Origin: Nostoc sp. DedSLP01
GTDB taxonomy: Bacteria > Cyanobacteriota > Cyanobacteriia > Cyanobacteriales > Nostocaceae
Length of the DNA: 26,479 nt
Reading direction: 5' to 3'
NCBI GenBank assembly: GCA_034530875.2
Contig: JAVRCJ020000064.1
Location: forward strand, 1 to 26,479
Shown here one piece after another: positions 17,856 through 26,479 of the stretch. Each line of letters begins with the position of its first letter. Position 1 is the first letter of the stretch. The translations under genes were made by a program, and so were the position numbers. The notes below the pieces were generated by a model. That model saw only the letters and a list, made by a program, of their open reading frames with translations, did not search any database and was not told the DNA's origin.

Positions 17856-18038
17856 TTACTTTATTCTTTGAGCTATGCAGTCAGCAACTCGCAAAGCATT
17901 AGCTTTCTCTCTCGGCAAAAAGTCGCCTCTTTCTAATAAAATCTTCTTACCTGTGAATGCAAGATAGCGAGCTAGTGTTCCTAAACCTGCCCCTGTACCA
18001 ATCATGATAATGTCGTAATGTTCTCTAATGCTCGTCAT
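17856..18038 (-). pseudogene. Truncated N-terminus of a GMC-family FAD oxidoreductase
   Basis: HYDIIMIGTGAGLGTLARYLAFTGKKILLERGDFLPREKAN FAD-binding start, stops after 60 aa. Confidence 0.8.
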
Positions 18039-18309
18039 AATTTTATATTTATTACGAGCGAAAAATCTCACTCTGCCTTTTTATGCAAAGTAATTTGGTA
18101 ATAGTTTGAGCTAGTTTTTAAATTTTTGAAATGCTACGTATATCTAAAGATAGATTTGTCTACTTAAACTAAAACTTTAATTACAATATTACTTCCACCT
18201 AATAGGTTAGTCTTTATTTCTATCTTCAGAGAGAGAAAATTTTTATTTTAATTTTTTCTCGATGCGATCGCAACTAAACATATAAATTTAAAAAATAAAA
18301 TATTTTATT

Positions 18310-18412
18310 ATATCAATTCCATTAAATATTGCAACAAATCTTTGGGTGAAAACGCGATTCATCGCGTCTCTACAAATGCTCTATTTGTCGCATTCTTTTT
18401 TCAAATTGGTAA
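18310..18412. repeat. MITE/SDR-like dispersed repeat with internal ACGCGAT-TC-ATCGCGT hairpin
   Basis: Palindrome 18352-18367 followed by CTCTACA; ends TATCAATT...AATTGGTA look like degenerate terminal inverted repeats. Confidence 0.5.
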
Positions 18413-18506
18413 TGGTGGGTGGTGGATTTTTTCTGCCTTGCCAAGGGAGGATTACAGGGTATCTTGATTATGTGAATTTTTATAGAAAATTGGTATAACA
18501 TGCTAA

Positions 18507-18532
18507 TAATGGCGCACAGATATGCGCCATTA
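18507..18532. terminator. Hairpin, possible terminator for the peptidoglycan-binding gene
   Basis: TAATGGCGCA-CAGATA-TGCGCCATTA perfect 10-bp stem. Confidence 0.5.
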
Positions 18533-18671
18533 CCATAATATTTGTATCGCTATTTAAAGTTAAATAGTATTACTTGTGGCTTCGTCGTTTCTGCGCCATT
18601 CTTTTATTCTCCAAATTGTAAGTGCCCAGCGGATTCACTATAAATTTAGCGAACAAGCTGAATAACCCATC

Positions 18672-19079
18672 TTATTTGAGAGCAGCCAAAGTCTTATTTC
18701 CAATTACTCCGTCTGCTCTTAATCCTTTAGACTTTTGAAATTTAATTACTGCTGCACGTGTCTGATTATTAAAGACTCCATTGACATTTGCAGTATAAAA
18801 TCCTTGCTGCTTTAACAAATTCTGAGCATTTTTAACTGCCTCTCCTTTGCTACCTACTCTAAGCACGTTACTACGCTTTACTGCATTAGTGGACTTGTGC
18901 TTGACATTAGCCTTGTGTATAGCGTTAGCCTTTTTCGCGGTAGTACCTTGTTGGGTATTTTGCTGCGCTATGTGGATAGGAGTAGTTTGATTGTGACTTT
19001 TTTCTTTTGTTAAAGAGTACGCAGGTAAAGCAGTAGCTACAGCTAAAGCAGGGAGCAAAGCAATTACTTTCCAATTCAT
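18672..19079 (-). CDS. Secreted peptidoglycan-binding domain protein (PG_binding_1)
   Basis: Signal peptide MNWKVIALLPALAVATALPAYS; LRVGSKGEAVKNAQNLL...T.AAVIKFQKSKGLRADGVIG..T; AGGA upstream of ATG 19079. Confidence 0.9.
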   Translation of the reverse strand: MNWKVIALLPALAVATALPAYSLTKEKSHNQTTPIHIAQQNTQQGTTAKKANAIHKANVKHKSTNAVKRSNVLRVGSKGEAVKNAQNLLKQQGFYTANVNGVFNNQTRAAVIKFQKSKGLRADGVIGNKTLAALK

Positions 19080-19401
19080 CTTGTTTTTCCTTCTCAATAT
19101 GAGGTATTTTGCAAATGGAGTGAGCTTGTGCTTAATCCAGAGCTTTAGCATCACACGTCTTATTGACAGATTTATTGCAAAATAATGACAATGCTATGAA
19201 TTATTTATTAAGGATTGTATCGTACAAAGCTTTACTCTTCTTAAACCATCTTCAAGCGATCGCAGTCCTGTAATTTTGACTTTGGCTCCTGGGAAATTAT
19301 CCAAGCGAGTTTGAGTAGCAGGCTAGTTGAGACTACGCCTATGAATGTGCATTCCCAAGAGGTCGCGGTAAAAGTGTAGCCTCTGTTCACTCTTGGAAAT
19401 A

Positions 19402-19430
19402 GCGTAGGCGTAGCCCGTCGTAGACATCGC
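19402..19430. repeat. 21-nt small dispersed repeat inserted in a HIP1 site
   Basis: GCG + TAGGCGTAGCCCGTCGTAGAC + ATCGC; removing the 21 nt restores GCGATCGC. Confidence 0.85.
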
Positions 19431-19452
19431 ACTATTATGAATTACGAATTAC

Positions 19453-20820
19453 CTAGCCTTTTTTCTCCTCATCTCCCAACATTTTCAGTAATTTTCTTGT
19501 AACTAAAACACCAACAACTCCAGCACCAACCAATTCGACCGCCTGGACAACTTTTTTGCCTACATCTTGAGGGTCTAAGTGCTGATGAAAAATCTCTTCA
19601 TCCAGCCATTCTGTAGTGGCTTTAAAGTCATGAATTGGAGTTGGTAATAGTGTTAAATAAGTGCCTTGACGGATTAAATGTGCCGATTCACCTGTAACTT
19701 CAAAAATATTGAATAAGTTAGCAGCAGCATCATTTAATCCCAATTTCAATAGAGTTCCTCGAATATTAACCTTAGCAGTTGTCAGGTCTTCTCCTAGCAC
19801 CAGTGCTTTCAAATTCCGAGCAATAGTAGCTCCTTGTTGATAAGCTACTTGTGCTGTAGGTGGTAGCGAACTATTCTGAACGGCTGCACAATCACCACCT
19901 GCAAAAACTTCTGGAAAGTCGAGTAATTGCATCGTGGGAGTGACTAGAAGACGGTTATGGCGATCGCGATGTTCTTGGGGAATCGGTAACTCTTGAATCA
20001 AGGGATGGGTAGAAGTGCCAGCAGTCCAGATTGCGGTATGTGTTGCCAGTGTCTTAATTTCATTATTGCTTTTATATTCAATTGCATCGGGACGAATAGC
20101 AGTGGCTTCTGCACCCATAAGGATTTCAATCGAGATATTACGTTTTTGTAATTCTTGCTCAGCAATTGGACGCAAGGGATCGTTAATATCGCCATCAAGA
20201 ATTTTTTGACCGTGATTGAGTAGAACCACTCGAATTTCATCAGAATTCCCGCCTAAAGCACCATACCAATGTGGCAGAAAATCAGCTAACGTTGCTGCCA
20301 TTTCCACACCGGAAGCACCACCGCCGATTACAACTACTGTTAATAGTTTGCGGCGTTGTTCTACATCTGCCGTTTGGGCAGCTTTTTGTAAACAATCACG
20401 TAAATGTTTGTCAAGAGCGATCGCATCTGCTTGCGTCCAAAAAGGAAAGGCATTCTCTTTGGCACCATCAACGCGATGATAACCAGTAACGCTACCTAAA
20501 GCTAATACTAAGTTGCTGTAATTGTAAGAGTTACCCGAAGCTAATTTAACTTCTCTTTGGTGTAGATCTATCGACTGCACTGTATCTTGAACAAAGATGA
20601 CACCACTACCTTTAAGTAATTCCCAAAAGCGCGGTACTACTTGAAAGGTATCCATTTCGCTATCGAAATATTCATAAAGCAATGGCTTAAAGCAAAATCG
20701 CTCATTTTGATCGATCAAAATCACAGAACGGGGGTAGTGTTCGTGAGCCAGATGTAAGGCTGTAAATAATCCAGTAAAACCACCACCGACAATCACAGTT
20801 TGATAAACAGGGCTGTTCAT
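19453..20820 (-). CDS. Type II NAD(P)H:quinone oxidoreductase family (NDH-2-like) flavoprotein
   Basis: VIVGGGFTG, LVLALGS, VIGGGASGVEMA, WTAG, VFAGGDCA, LPPTAQVAYQQG. Confidence 0.88.
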   Translation of the reverse strand: MNSPVYQTVIVGGGFTGLFTALHLAHEHYPRSVILIDQNERFCFKPLLYEYFDSEMDTFQVVPRFWELLKGSGVIFVQDTVQSIDLHQREVKLASGNSYNYSNLVLALGSVTGYHRVDGAKENAFPFWTQADAIALDKHLRDCLQKAAQTADVEQRRKLLTVVVIGGGASGVEMAATLADFLPHWYGALGGNSDEIRVVLLNHGQKILDGDINDPLRPIAEQELQKRNISIEILMGAEATAIRPDAIEYKSNNEIKTLATHTAIWTAGTSTHPLIQELPIPQEHRDRHNRLLVTPTMQLLDFPEVFAGGDCAAVQNSSLPPTAQVAYQQGATIARNLKALVLGEDLTTAKVNIRGTLLKLGLNDAAANLFNIFEVTGESAHLIRQGTYLTLLPTPIHDFKATTEWLDEEIFHQHLDPQDVGKKVVQAVELVGAGVVGVLVTRKLLKMLGDEEKKG

Positions 20821-20827
20821 AATTTTA

Positions 20828-20940
20828 TTGGGAATTAGGGACTAGGGGAGATGGGGAGATGGGGAAGTGTGGGGAGTGTGGGAAGAAAGAGAATTTATGC
20901 TTCCTCCCACACTGCCAATGCCCAATGCCCCATGCCCCAT
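20828..20940. repeat. STRR tracts
   Basis: GGGGAGAT/GGGAAGTGT and CCCAATG/CCCCATG units. Confidence 0.75.
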
Positions 20941-20957
20941 TTTCTATGATTAATTTG

Positions 20958-21197
20958 CTATACCAATAAAAAGAAGGCGATGAAAATAGTCGTCAGGAAA
21001 AGGGCGAATATAATAGCGTATTCAAATCTGCGGCTAAAAAATCCTACGGCTGCAACTAGGGCGATCGCTAACCCAGCAATGCCAATATACTGTTCTTTTT
21101 GTAATCCATGTGCAATAAGCGGGTCTTGGTTTTTGCCAGGGACGGGAGTTTCTTGAATTGCTCTTGGCGATGGTAACTCTTGTGCTAAAAATTTCAT
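20958..21197 (-). CDS. Small two-TM hypothetical membrane protein
   Basis: 79 aa, two hydrophobic helices, GGAG RBS, 38 bp after oxidase subunit III. Confidence 0.75.
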   Translation of the reverse strand: MKFLAQELPSPRAIQETPVPGKNQDPLIAHGLQKEQYIGIAGLAIALVAAVGFFSRRFEYAIIFALFLTTIFIAFFLLV

Positions 21198-21235
21198 ACA
21201 ATTACTCCTAAAAATACTACTAATTTTTCAAACTT

Positions 21236-21916
21236 TTACACTTGCCAAAGATAGAGAAGTGAAAATAAAATAACCCAAATTATATCAACAAAATGCCAAA
21301 ATAAAGTTGTTGCACTTACACCAAAATGACCTTTATTGTAATTATTTGGGATGAAGGAACGGACAAGCATAATTATCTGGAGAATCACACCAGTAAGAAC
21401 GTGTAGACCGTGGAAACCTGTTAAAAGGTAGAATGTAGAACCAACTAATCCTGTGCTTAACCCAAAATTAAGGTTACTCCATTCAATTCCTTGACCTATT
21501 AAAAAATAGGTTCCCATGCAAATCGTCATCAGCCATAGCCAACGGAATTTTTTTAGCTGACTACGCCGAAGAAAATTTTCCGCAGGTTGAATTACAAAAC
21601 TACTGGAGAGTAACACCACTGTGTTTATAACCACAAAATTAGACAATTCTGGCCCAGAAACACCAGGCGGTAACCAATTTCGAGAATGCGTCAATCTTAA
21701 GGCAATGTATGTGAAGAAAAAACTCAAAAAAACTATGCTTTCTGATAGCAGAAACACGGTAAATCCGAAAATTGCTTTACCATGATGGTCTTCAGACCGT
21801 CCACCCCGGCTCGGCAAGAAACGCTTTAGCCAATTTGGTAGATATCGCCGCCATCGTTCTAAAGGTAAAAAACTTTCATCTACATGAATTACGCCACGGT
21901 TCATAATTTTAGTCAT
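21236..21916 (-). CDS. ctaE: Heme-copper oxidase subunit III (ARTO-type)
   Basis: FLLSESIVF, NTVVLLSSS, FYLLTGFHGLHV, FWHFVDIIW. Confidence 0.92.
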   Translation of the reverse strand: MTKIMNRGVIHVDESFLPLERWRRYLPNWLKRFLPSRGGRSEDHHGKAIFGFTVFLLSESIVFLSFFFTYIALRLTHSRNWLPPGVSGPELSNFVVINTVVLLSSSFVIQPAENFLRRSQLKKFRWLWLMTICMGTYFLIGQGIEWSNLNFGLSTGLVGSTFYLLTGFHGLHVLTGVILQIIMLVRSFIPNNYNKGHFGVSATTLFWHFVDIIWVILFSLLYLWQV

Positions 21917-21986
21917 TGGTTATTAGTCATTAGTCATTGGTCATTGGTCATTCTTTTCTTAATTTTGAATTTTGAATTTTGAATTG
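21910..21986. repeat. STRR tracts (TTAGTCA/TTGGTCA)n and (AATTTTG)n
   Basis: Tandem heptamers between ctaD and ctaE. Confidence 0.8.
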
Positions 21987-21989
21987 ATA

Positions 21990-23663
21990 TTAGTGTTCTG
22001 CCTGATGATGATAGTCTGGAGGTTCAATCACTGAGTATTTAGGATCGCCATAGTCATAAGGCGGTCTTTTCACAACTGGAATTTCTTCAAAGTTTTCTCG
22101 GGGTGGTGGTGAAGTTGTTGTCCATTCCAGTCCTGTGGCCAGCCAAGGATTGTTAACTGCTCTTGCGCCGTATAGGCATGAACCCACCATATTGCCAATA
22201 AAGGGCAGTATAGATACTCCTAACAAAAATCCCCCTAGACTAGCGATGACATTCCATCCTTGATAGCGTGGGTCATAAGAAGAAATTCGGCGTACCATTC
22301 CCTGCAAACCTAATGGGAGCATGGGGAAGAAAGTTAGGTTAGCACCGATAAAGGTTAACCAAAAATGCACTTTGCCCCAGCCTTCGGCGTACATCCGTCC
22401 GGTAATCTTCGGAAACCAAAAGTAAATGGCAGCGAAGATTGCCATTGTGATGGTGTTAAAGACAATGTAGTGGAAGTGTCCCACTATAAAGTAGGTATTG
22501 TGGACGTGAATATCAAACGGTACTGCTGCCAGCATCACACCGGTAACACCACCGAGTAAAAACATGGCTGCACCTCCCATAGCAAATAGCATGGGCGTCT
22601 CTAGATGGAGCTTACTCTTCCAAATTGTCGCAGTCCAACCAAATGCTTTAACACCAGTAGGCACGGCAACTAACATTGATGTCACCATAAATAACATCCG
22701 CATCCAACCAGGGGTAGCACTGGTGAACATGTGATGTACCCACACGAAGATGCTGACGAAAGCGATACCTAAAGAGGCCACAGCTAATGACCGATAGCCA
22801 AATAATGGGTTACGGGAAAAGGCTGGCAGAACTTCCGCAAAAATACCAAAGGCTGGTAGTGCCATGATGTAAACTGCGGGGTGGGAGTAGAACCAGAATA
22901 AATGCTGGTAAATTATCGGGTCGCCGTTCTCTGTGGGTTTGAAGAATTGCGTTCCAAAGCTCAGGTCAAATAACAGCAGGATCAATGCACCTGTCAAAGC
23001 AGGCAAATTAACTAACTGCAACAACTGGGCGCTGAGAGCCGACCAAACAAACACAGGCATCCGAAAAAAAGTCATTCCTGGGGCACGCATCCAAAAGATG
23101 GTAGTCACAAAGTTAACAGCCCCCATAATTGAAGAGATACCAATCAGGACTATACTCACAATCCAAATAAATTCACCATTAATCGGCTGACCGGGAGGAA
23201 CTTGCAGGCTAATTGGCGGATACGACCACCAGCCGGACTGTGCCGTACCATTGGGTAGTAAAAAGCTAGATAGTAATAAAATCCCGCTTGGTGGCAGAAT
23301 CCAGAAAGAGATGGCGTTGAGTAAGGGAAACGCCATATCCCGCGCTCCAATCATCAGCGGCACTAGGTAGTTAGAGATACCTGCATTGAATGGGATAATC
23401 CATAAAAAAATCATGATTGTCCCATGCAAGGTAAACAAGCCATTGTAAAGGGGGCGATCGACTACATTTGATTCGGGCGTAATCAGTTCGGCACGGATGA
23501 GCATCGCCAACAGTCCGCCAATCAAGAAGAAGATGAAAGTCATCACCATGTATTGAACGCCGATCGCCTTATGGTCGGTGCTGAAGCTGAAGTATTGTCG
23601 CCAGTTATTAACAGATTCGTTTTGAGATTTTTCTGACTCTTTATCTTCAGTGATGTTTTCCAT
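21990..23663 (-). CDS. ctaD: Heme-copper oxidase subunit I (ARTO-type, A2 YS motif)
   Basis: TLHGTIM, WFYSHPAVY, VWVHHMF, VGHFHY, VRRI; all six His ligands present; HNTY instead of HDTY. Confidence 0.95.
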   Translation of the reverse strand: MENITEDKESEKSQNESVNNWRQYFSFSTDHKAIGVQYMVMTFIFFLIGGLLAMLIRAELITPESNVVDRPLYNGLFTLHGTIMIFLWIIPFNAGISNYLVPLMIGARDMAFPLLNAISFWILPPSGILLLSSFLLPNGTAQSGWWSYPPISLQVPPGQPINGEFIWIVSIVLIGISSIMGAVNFVTTIFWMRAPGMTFFRMPVFVWSALSAQLLQLVNLPALTGALILLLFDLSFGTQFFKPTENGDPIIYQHLFWFYSHPAVYIMALPAFGIFAEVLPAFSRNPLFGYRSLAVASLGIAFVSIFVWVHHMFTSATPGWMRMLFMVTSMLVAVPTGVKAFGWTATIWKSKLHLETPMLFAMGGAAMFLLGGVTGVMLAAVPFDIHVHNTYFIVGHFHYIVFNTITMAIFAAIYFWFPKITGRMYAEGWGKVHFWLTFIGANLTFFPMLPLGLQGMVRRISSYDPRYQGWNVIASLGGFLLGVSILPFIGNMVGSCLYGARAVNNPWLATGLEWTTTSPPPRENFEEIPVVKRPPYDYGDPKYSVIEPPDYHHQAEH

Positions 23664-23666
23664 AAA

Positions 23667-24584
23667 TTATGTGTCATTCATGACTTTTGTTTCATTGGCG
23701 ATCGCAGGCCTATCGGGTGCGACAGTATACCAGCCACTCTTAAACAATGTTTTTGGCGATTGAGTATACTCGGCTACTGCCTGATTTTCAAAACTTGTTG
23801 GTTCGCGTTCGGCTTGGCTAAGCCACTGGTTATATTGCTCAAGGGATTCAACGCGTACATTGGCATCCATCAAAGCAAAGTAAGTACCGCTAAATAGAGC
23901 ATCTCTGAGCTTGTATTCGCCCGTGCGAGTCGGTGTAACTACTAGGTCAATGTTGCGTCCAGGGACAATATATTGCTGTAAACGGAACTCAGGGACGTAA
24001 AAACTGTGGAGTACGTCCTTGGCGTGCATATTCAGGCGAGTGCGAAGATTTACAGGCAGGTGTAATTCATGACTGGTAACGTTATTTGGATAACGGAAAG
24101 ACCAATCCCACTGCTTGGCGAAAACTTCAATAGTTTCAGCAGCAGGTTTAGGTTTATCATCACTGGCTGCGGCATAAGCTGGTTCTTCTAAAGGTGTATG
24201 CAAATGTACAATTTGCCTCAAACCCAGAACATCTAATTGCTGATAAATATTGAAGCCTTGGAAAGCAATCCACAAAACTAACAAAGTTGGAGCCGCCGTC
24301 CATAAAATCTCTAGCTTGAAATCGCCTCTAGATGGGTGTCCTTCGCTGTAGTCATTTTTAGGTGCGCGAAAGAAAATTACTGAGTACACCATCATGCCTA
24401 CAAGCCCAAGAATAATGAACGCGCCAATGGAGGTTAAAAAACTAAATAAACTATCTACCCTTTGCGCTTCTGCTGTAGCTTCAACAGGCACCCAAGAATA
24501 GGCCAACTGCCCAATCCAATGGCTGACAACGAGCAGCACTGCAATACAAGCACCTATTAGTAAATATTCCAAAAATCTCGCCAT
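23667..24584 (-). CDS. ctaC: Heme-copper oxidase subunit II lacking CuA ligands (ARTO/CtaCII-type)
   Basis: LEILWT, KQWDWSFRYP, DVLHSFYVP; C.E.CG..H..M replaced by DALFSGTYFALM. Confidence 0.92.
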   Translation of the reverse strand: MARFLEYLLIGACIAVLLVVSHWIGQLAYSWVPVEATAEAQRVDSLFSFLTSIGAFIILGLVGMMVYSVIFFRAPKNDYSEGHPSRGDFKLEILWTAAPTLLVLWIAFQGFNIYQQLDVLGLRQIVHLHTPLEEPAYAAASDDKPKPAAETIEVFAKQWDWSFRYPNNVTSHELHLPVNLRTRLNMHAKDVLHSFYVPEFRLQQYIVPGRNIDLVVTPTRTGEYKLRDALFSGTYFALMDANVRVESLEQYNQWLSQAEREPTSFENQAVAEYTQSPKTLFKSGWYTVAPDRPAIANETKVMNDT

Positions 24585-24605
24585 ATCAGAATGCTTCTCG
24601 TTTAA

Positions 24606-25214
24606 TTATTTCAGCACTAAATTTGGATTTGTGCCCTGTTGCAGTAACTTAGCCGCAGTCACATGAATGCCGAACTCCTCCCCTAAGTGCGCTCCTAAAG
24701 TTCCGTGGACATACAAAATACCTAATATTGCTATACCTGCTAACAAATAACTCCACTGCACCTGTCTGGATGTATTCTTGCGCCAGTAGTAGCGTTGCAA
24801 ACCTCTCCATACAGTCATGGCAACGATGATTCCTAAGAGTAAGACGCCACCCAAACCATGTAAAAGCATCGTCCAACTAGGACTCAATCCCCAGGCACTC
24901 TTTTGCTCGCTGACAGGGTTTGCCAGTATTAACTCGAAAAAACCAAATGCAACTGTGAAAAATGTCACAACAGCCGCCCCAAGCAAATTGTACCAACCTA
25001 CATCGAAGAAACCAGAACGGGTGGCGCTCAGACCCAAAAATTTGAAGATTGGTTTTTCGAGGGGAAAAATAGCTCCTGCTATATCAAAAAAGATGGCGAT
25101 GATAAACAAACCCAATGTCAGATGTACTAACTGTGGGTGCATAGGAATTTCGTAGGGTAGTCCGTTAGCGCCTAACTTCAATCCTACTAAAGAGTCTATT
25201 AGTTGGGAGTTCAT
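24606..25214 (-). CDS. DUF2231 family membrane protein
   Basis: MHPQLVHLTLGLF, GWYNL, LLHGLGG, GTLGAHLGEEFGIH; ATGA overlap with the upstream paralogue. Confidence 0.85.
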   Translation of the reverse strand: MNSQLIDSLVGLKLGANGLPYEIPMHPQLVHLTLGLFIIAIFFDIAGAIFPLEKPIFKFLGLSATRSGFFDVGWYNLLGAAVVTFFTVAFGFFELILANPVSEQKSAWGLSPSWTMLLHGLGGVLLLGIIVAMTVWRGLQRYYWRKNTSRQVQWSYLLAGIAILGILYVHGTLGAHLGEEFGIHVTAAKLLQQGTNPNLVLK

Positions 25215-25729
25215 GGGGAAACTCCGTGCTTCATTGCTTGTACAACAGGCTCAACGTGTAACCCGTATACCCAAAATAATTTGCTTCCTAGATATATTTG
25301 CAAGCACACCAGACAAATCAAAAACGTTGCGACACCAAGGTAAGCAGGAGGAACTTTGAGGAGGTTGGGATTGTGTTGTCCTCGCCGTAGGCGATGGCGA
25401 ATCGCAAAACGCCAAGCTGTAATAGCAGCAACGATCGCCCCCAGCGACCAACCCATAATTGTGTGAAAATTAAGTGTTGGCTGAACTGCTGGATATACTT
25501 GCGCTAGCCCTGCTTCAAACTGCCCAAAAATTATGGCTACAAAAATCGCGATCGCCCCAACAAACATATTCCAAAAACCAACCTCAAACAAACGTGCATT
25601 GCGCGTGAAATAACCCAATACATCGCAAACGAAGGAAAACAAGACCATACCTATTACGAAATGGACAACAATCGGATGTAAGGGGTCGGGGTACGGAAGA
25701 TTTTGGCTATTAAGAGGCACAGCGAACAT
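25211..25729 (-). CDS. DUF2231 family membrane protein
   Basis: LHPIVVHFVIG, GFWN, HTIMGW, YLGSKLFWVYGLH; AGGAG RBS before ATG at 25729. Confidence 0.85.
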   Translation of the reverse strand: MFAVPLNSQNLPYPDPLHPIVVHFVIGMVLFSFVCDVLGYFTRNARLFEVGFWNMFVGAIAIFVAIIFGQFEAGLAQVYPAVQPTLNFHTIMGWSLGAIVAAITAWRFAIRHRLRRGQHNPNLLKVPPAYLGVATFLICLVCLQIYLGSKLFWVYGLHVEPVVQAMKHGVSP

Positions 25730-26325
25730 CGCTTTCTCCTGGCGATCGCCAGACACTATAATCTGAGTTAATTGCGAGCAAAACAAAATTTATTGTTGAG
25801 TTTTAACTTTTCAAATTGCTCTCCATAAAAGTATTCTTAGTAACTCTTACCTAAGAAATACAAAAAAAATACTATCCCAAGGGTGATTTCAAGCCAAAAT
25901 CACTGATAGCAGTAAACAAGGTTGAAGCTTTTTTGGTATGTGGCTTTGTTCTTAAAATTTGTACCATATTTACCTGCAATTTGTCGTATTTATTTTTGTT
26001 AACTGTTGTTGAAATAAATTTCAACAACAAAACATGTGTTAAAAGTTTTTGATTTGGAAACAAGTGTTATTAGCTTCATCTATTAACAATTTCATCCAAT
26101 TGTGAAAAATAAATGAAATTTTTCTAACCCTTTGGGAAGAATTTTTTATTCCACTAGTGGAGGCGATCGTCACCTCAAACTTTTTAACGTAAGTTTAAGT
26201 TCCGCACGCTCATCGTTCGCGCAGAGTCTTACAGAGAAGATTTAGTGGTTTACAATTAGTAGCTCCTTTGAATCCCCCACTAATTGATTCTGAAGTTACT
26301 AATTCTGAGTTCTTCTTCAATTGAT

Positions 26326-26479
26326 TGTAGGAGCGTACAGCTGTACATTGGTGTCAACTTAAGGTCAAACGCTTATCCCACATACGTTTCACCCCACCCC
26401 AACCCCTCCCCTTGGCAAGGCTACGGTGTACACACAAGTAGACCCAGAGCGAGTTTCCAGCCAAAAAAGGTAGACTCAA
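26326..26479. repeat. Nested Nostoc-type miniature repeats/MITE ends
   Basis: GTAGGAGCGTACAGCTGTAC, GGTGTCAACTTAAG, CCCCTCCCCTTGGCAAGG (half hairpin) cut by CTACGGTGTACACACAAGT; recognised from memory, partner ends outside window. Confidence 0.5.

Noticed and set aside
19241..19432. 63-aa minus ORF starting MRCLRRATPT
   Set aside because: Its start is created by the SDR insertion in HIP1
259..25451. Many short ORFs overlapping long genes (e.g. 259..546, 778..978, 8483..8890, 19998..20489, 22365..23350, 24649..25451)
   Set aside because: Alternative-frame or antisense shadows of well-supported CDSs with no independent signals
26009..26028. GTTGAAA and TTTCAACAAC resembling CRISPR repeat ends
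   Set aside because: Wrong order, no repeat core or spacer; better explained as a simple palindrome

Overview
Genomic DNA from a heterocyst-forming (Nostocales-like) cyanobacterium, judged from abundant HIP1 GCGATCGC sites, STRR heptamer tracts and SDR-type mini-repeats. Positions 1-6312 are the CRISPR-proximal end of a type V-K CRISPR-associated transposon (CAST). It contains cargo (a small HTH gene and a DUF262/HNH GmrSD-like nuclease), a divergent ribbon-helix-helix repressor, nuclease-dead cas12k, tracrRNA, a 7-spacer array, a delocalised 17-nt homing spacer and a TnsB-site-rich end (terminal TGT) 59 bp from a GTA PAM in the adjacent tRNA-Ala(CGC). tnsB/tnsC/tniQ are not in the window. 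The host chromosome follows: HAD phosphatase, SAM methyltransferase, rtcB, an R2K-type ATP-grasp gene and a hypothetical, pdhC, ylqD-like gene, acyl-ACP synthetase, three short pseudogene fragments around a candidate sRNA, a peptidoglycan-binding protein, NDH-2 and a CuA-less ARTO-type oxidase operon with two DUF2231 genes. The most interesting details are an octamer-repeat operator inside the cas12k promoter, a 28-bp duplication of the tracrRNA start, spacers that translate to ThyX and DEDDh exonuclease motifs, a split terminal repeat, a controller-like HTH/operator module on the cargo nuclease and an unannotated ~50-nt sRNA. All family assignments come from motif recognition by eye; no database search was run.
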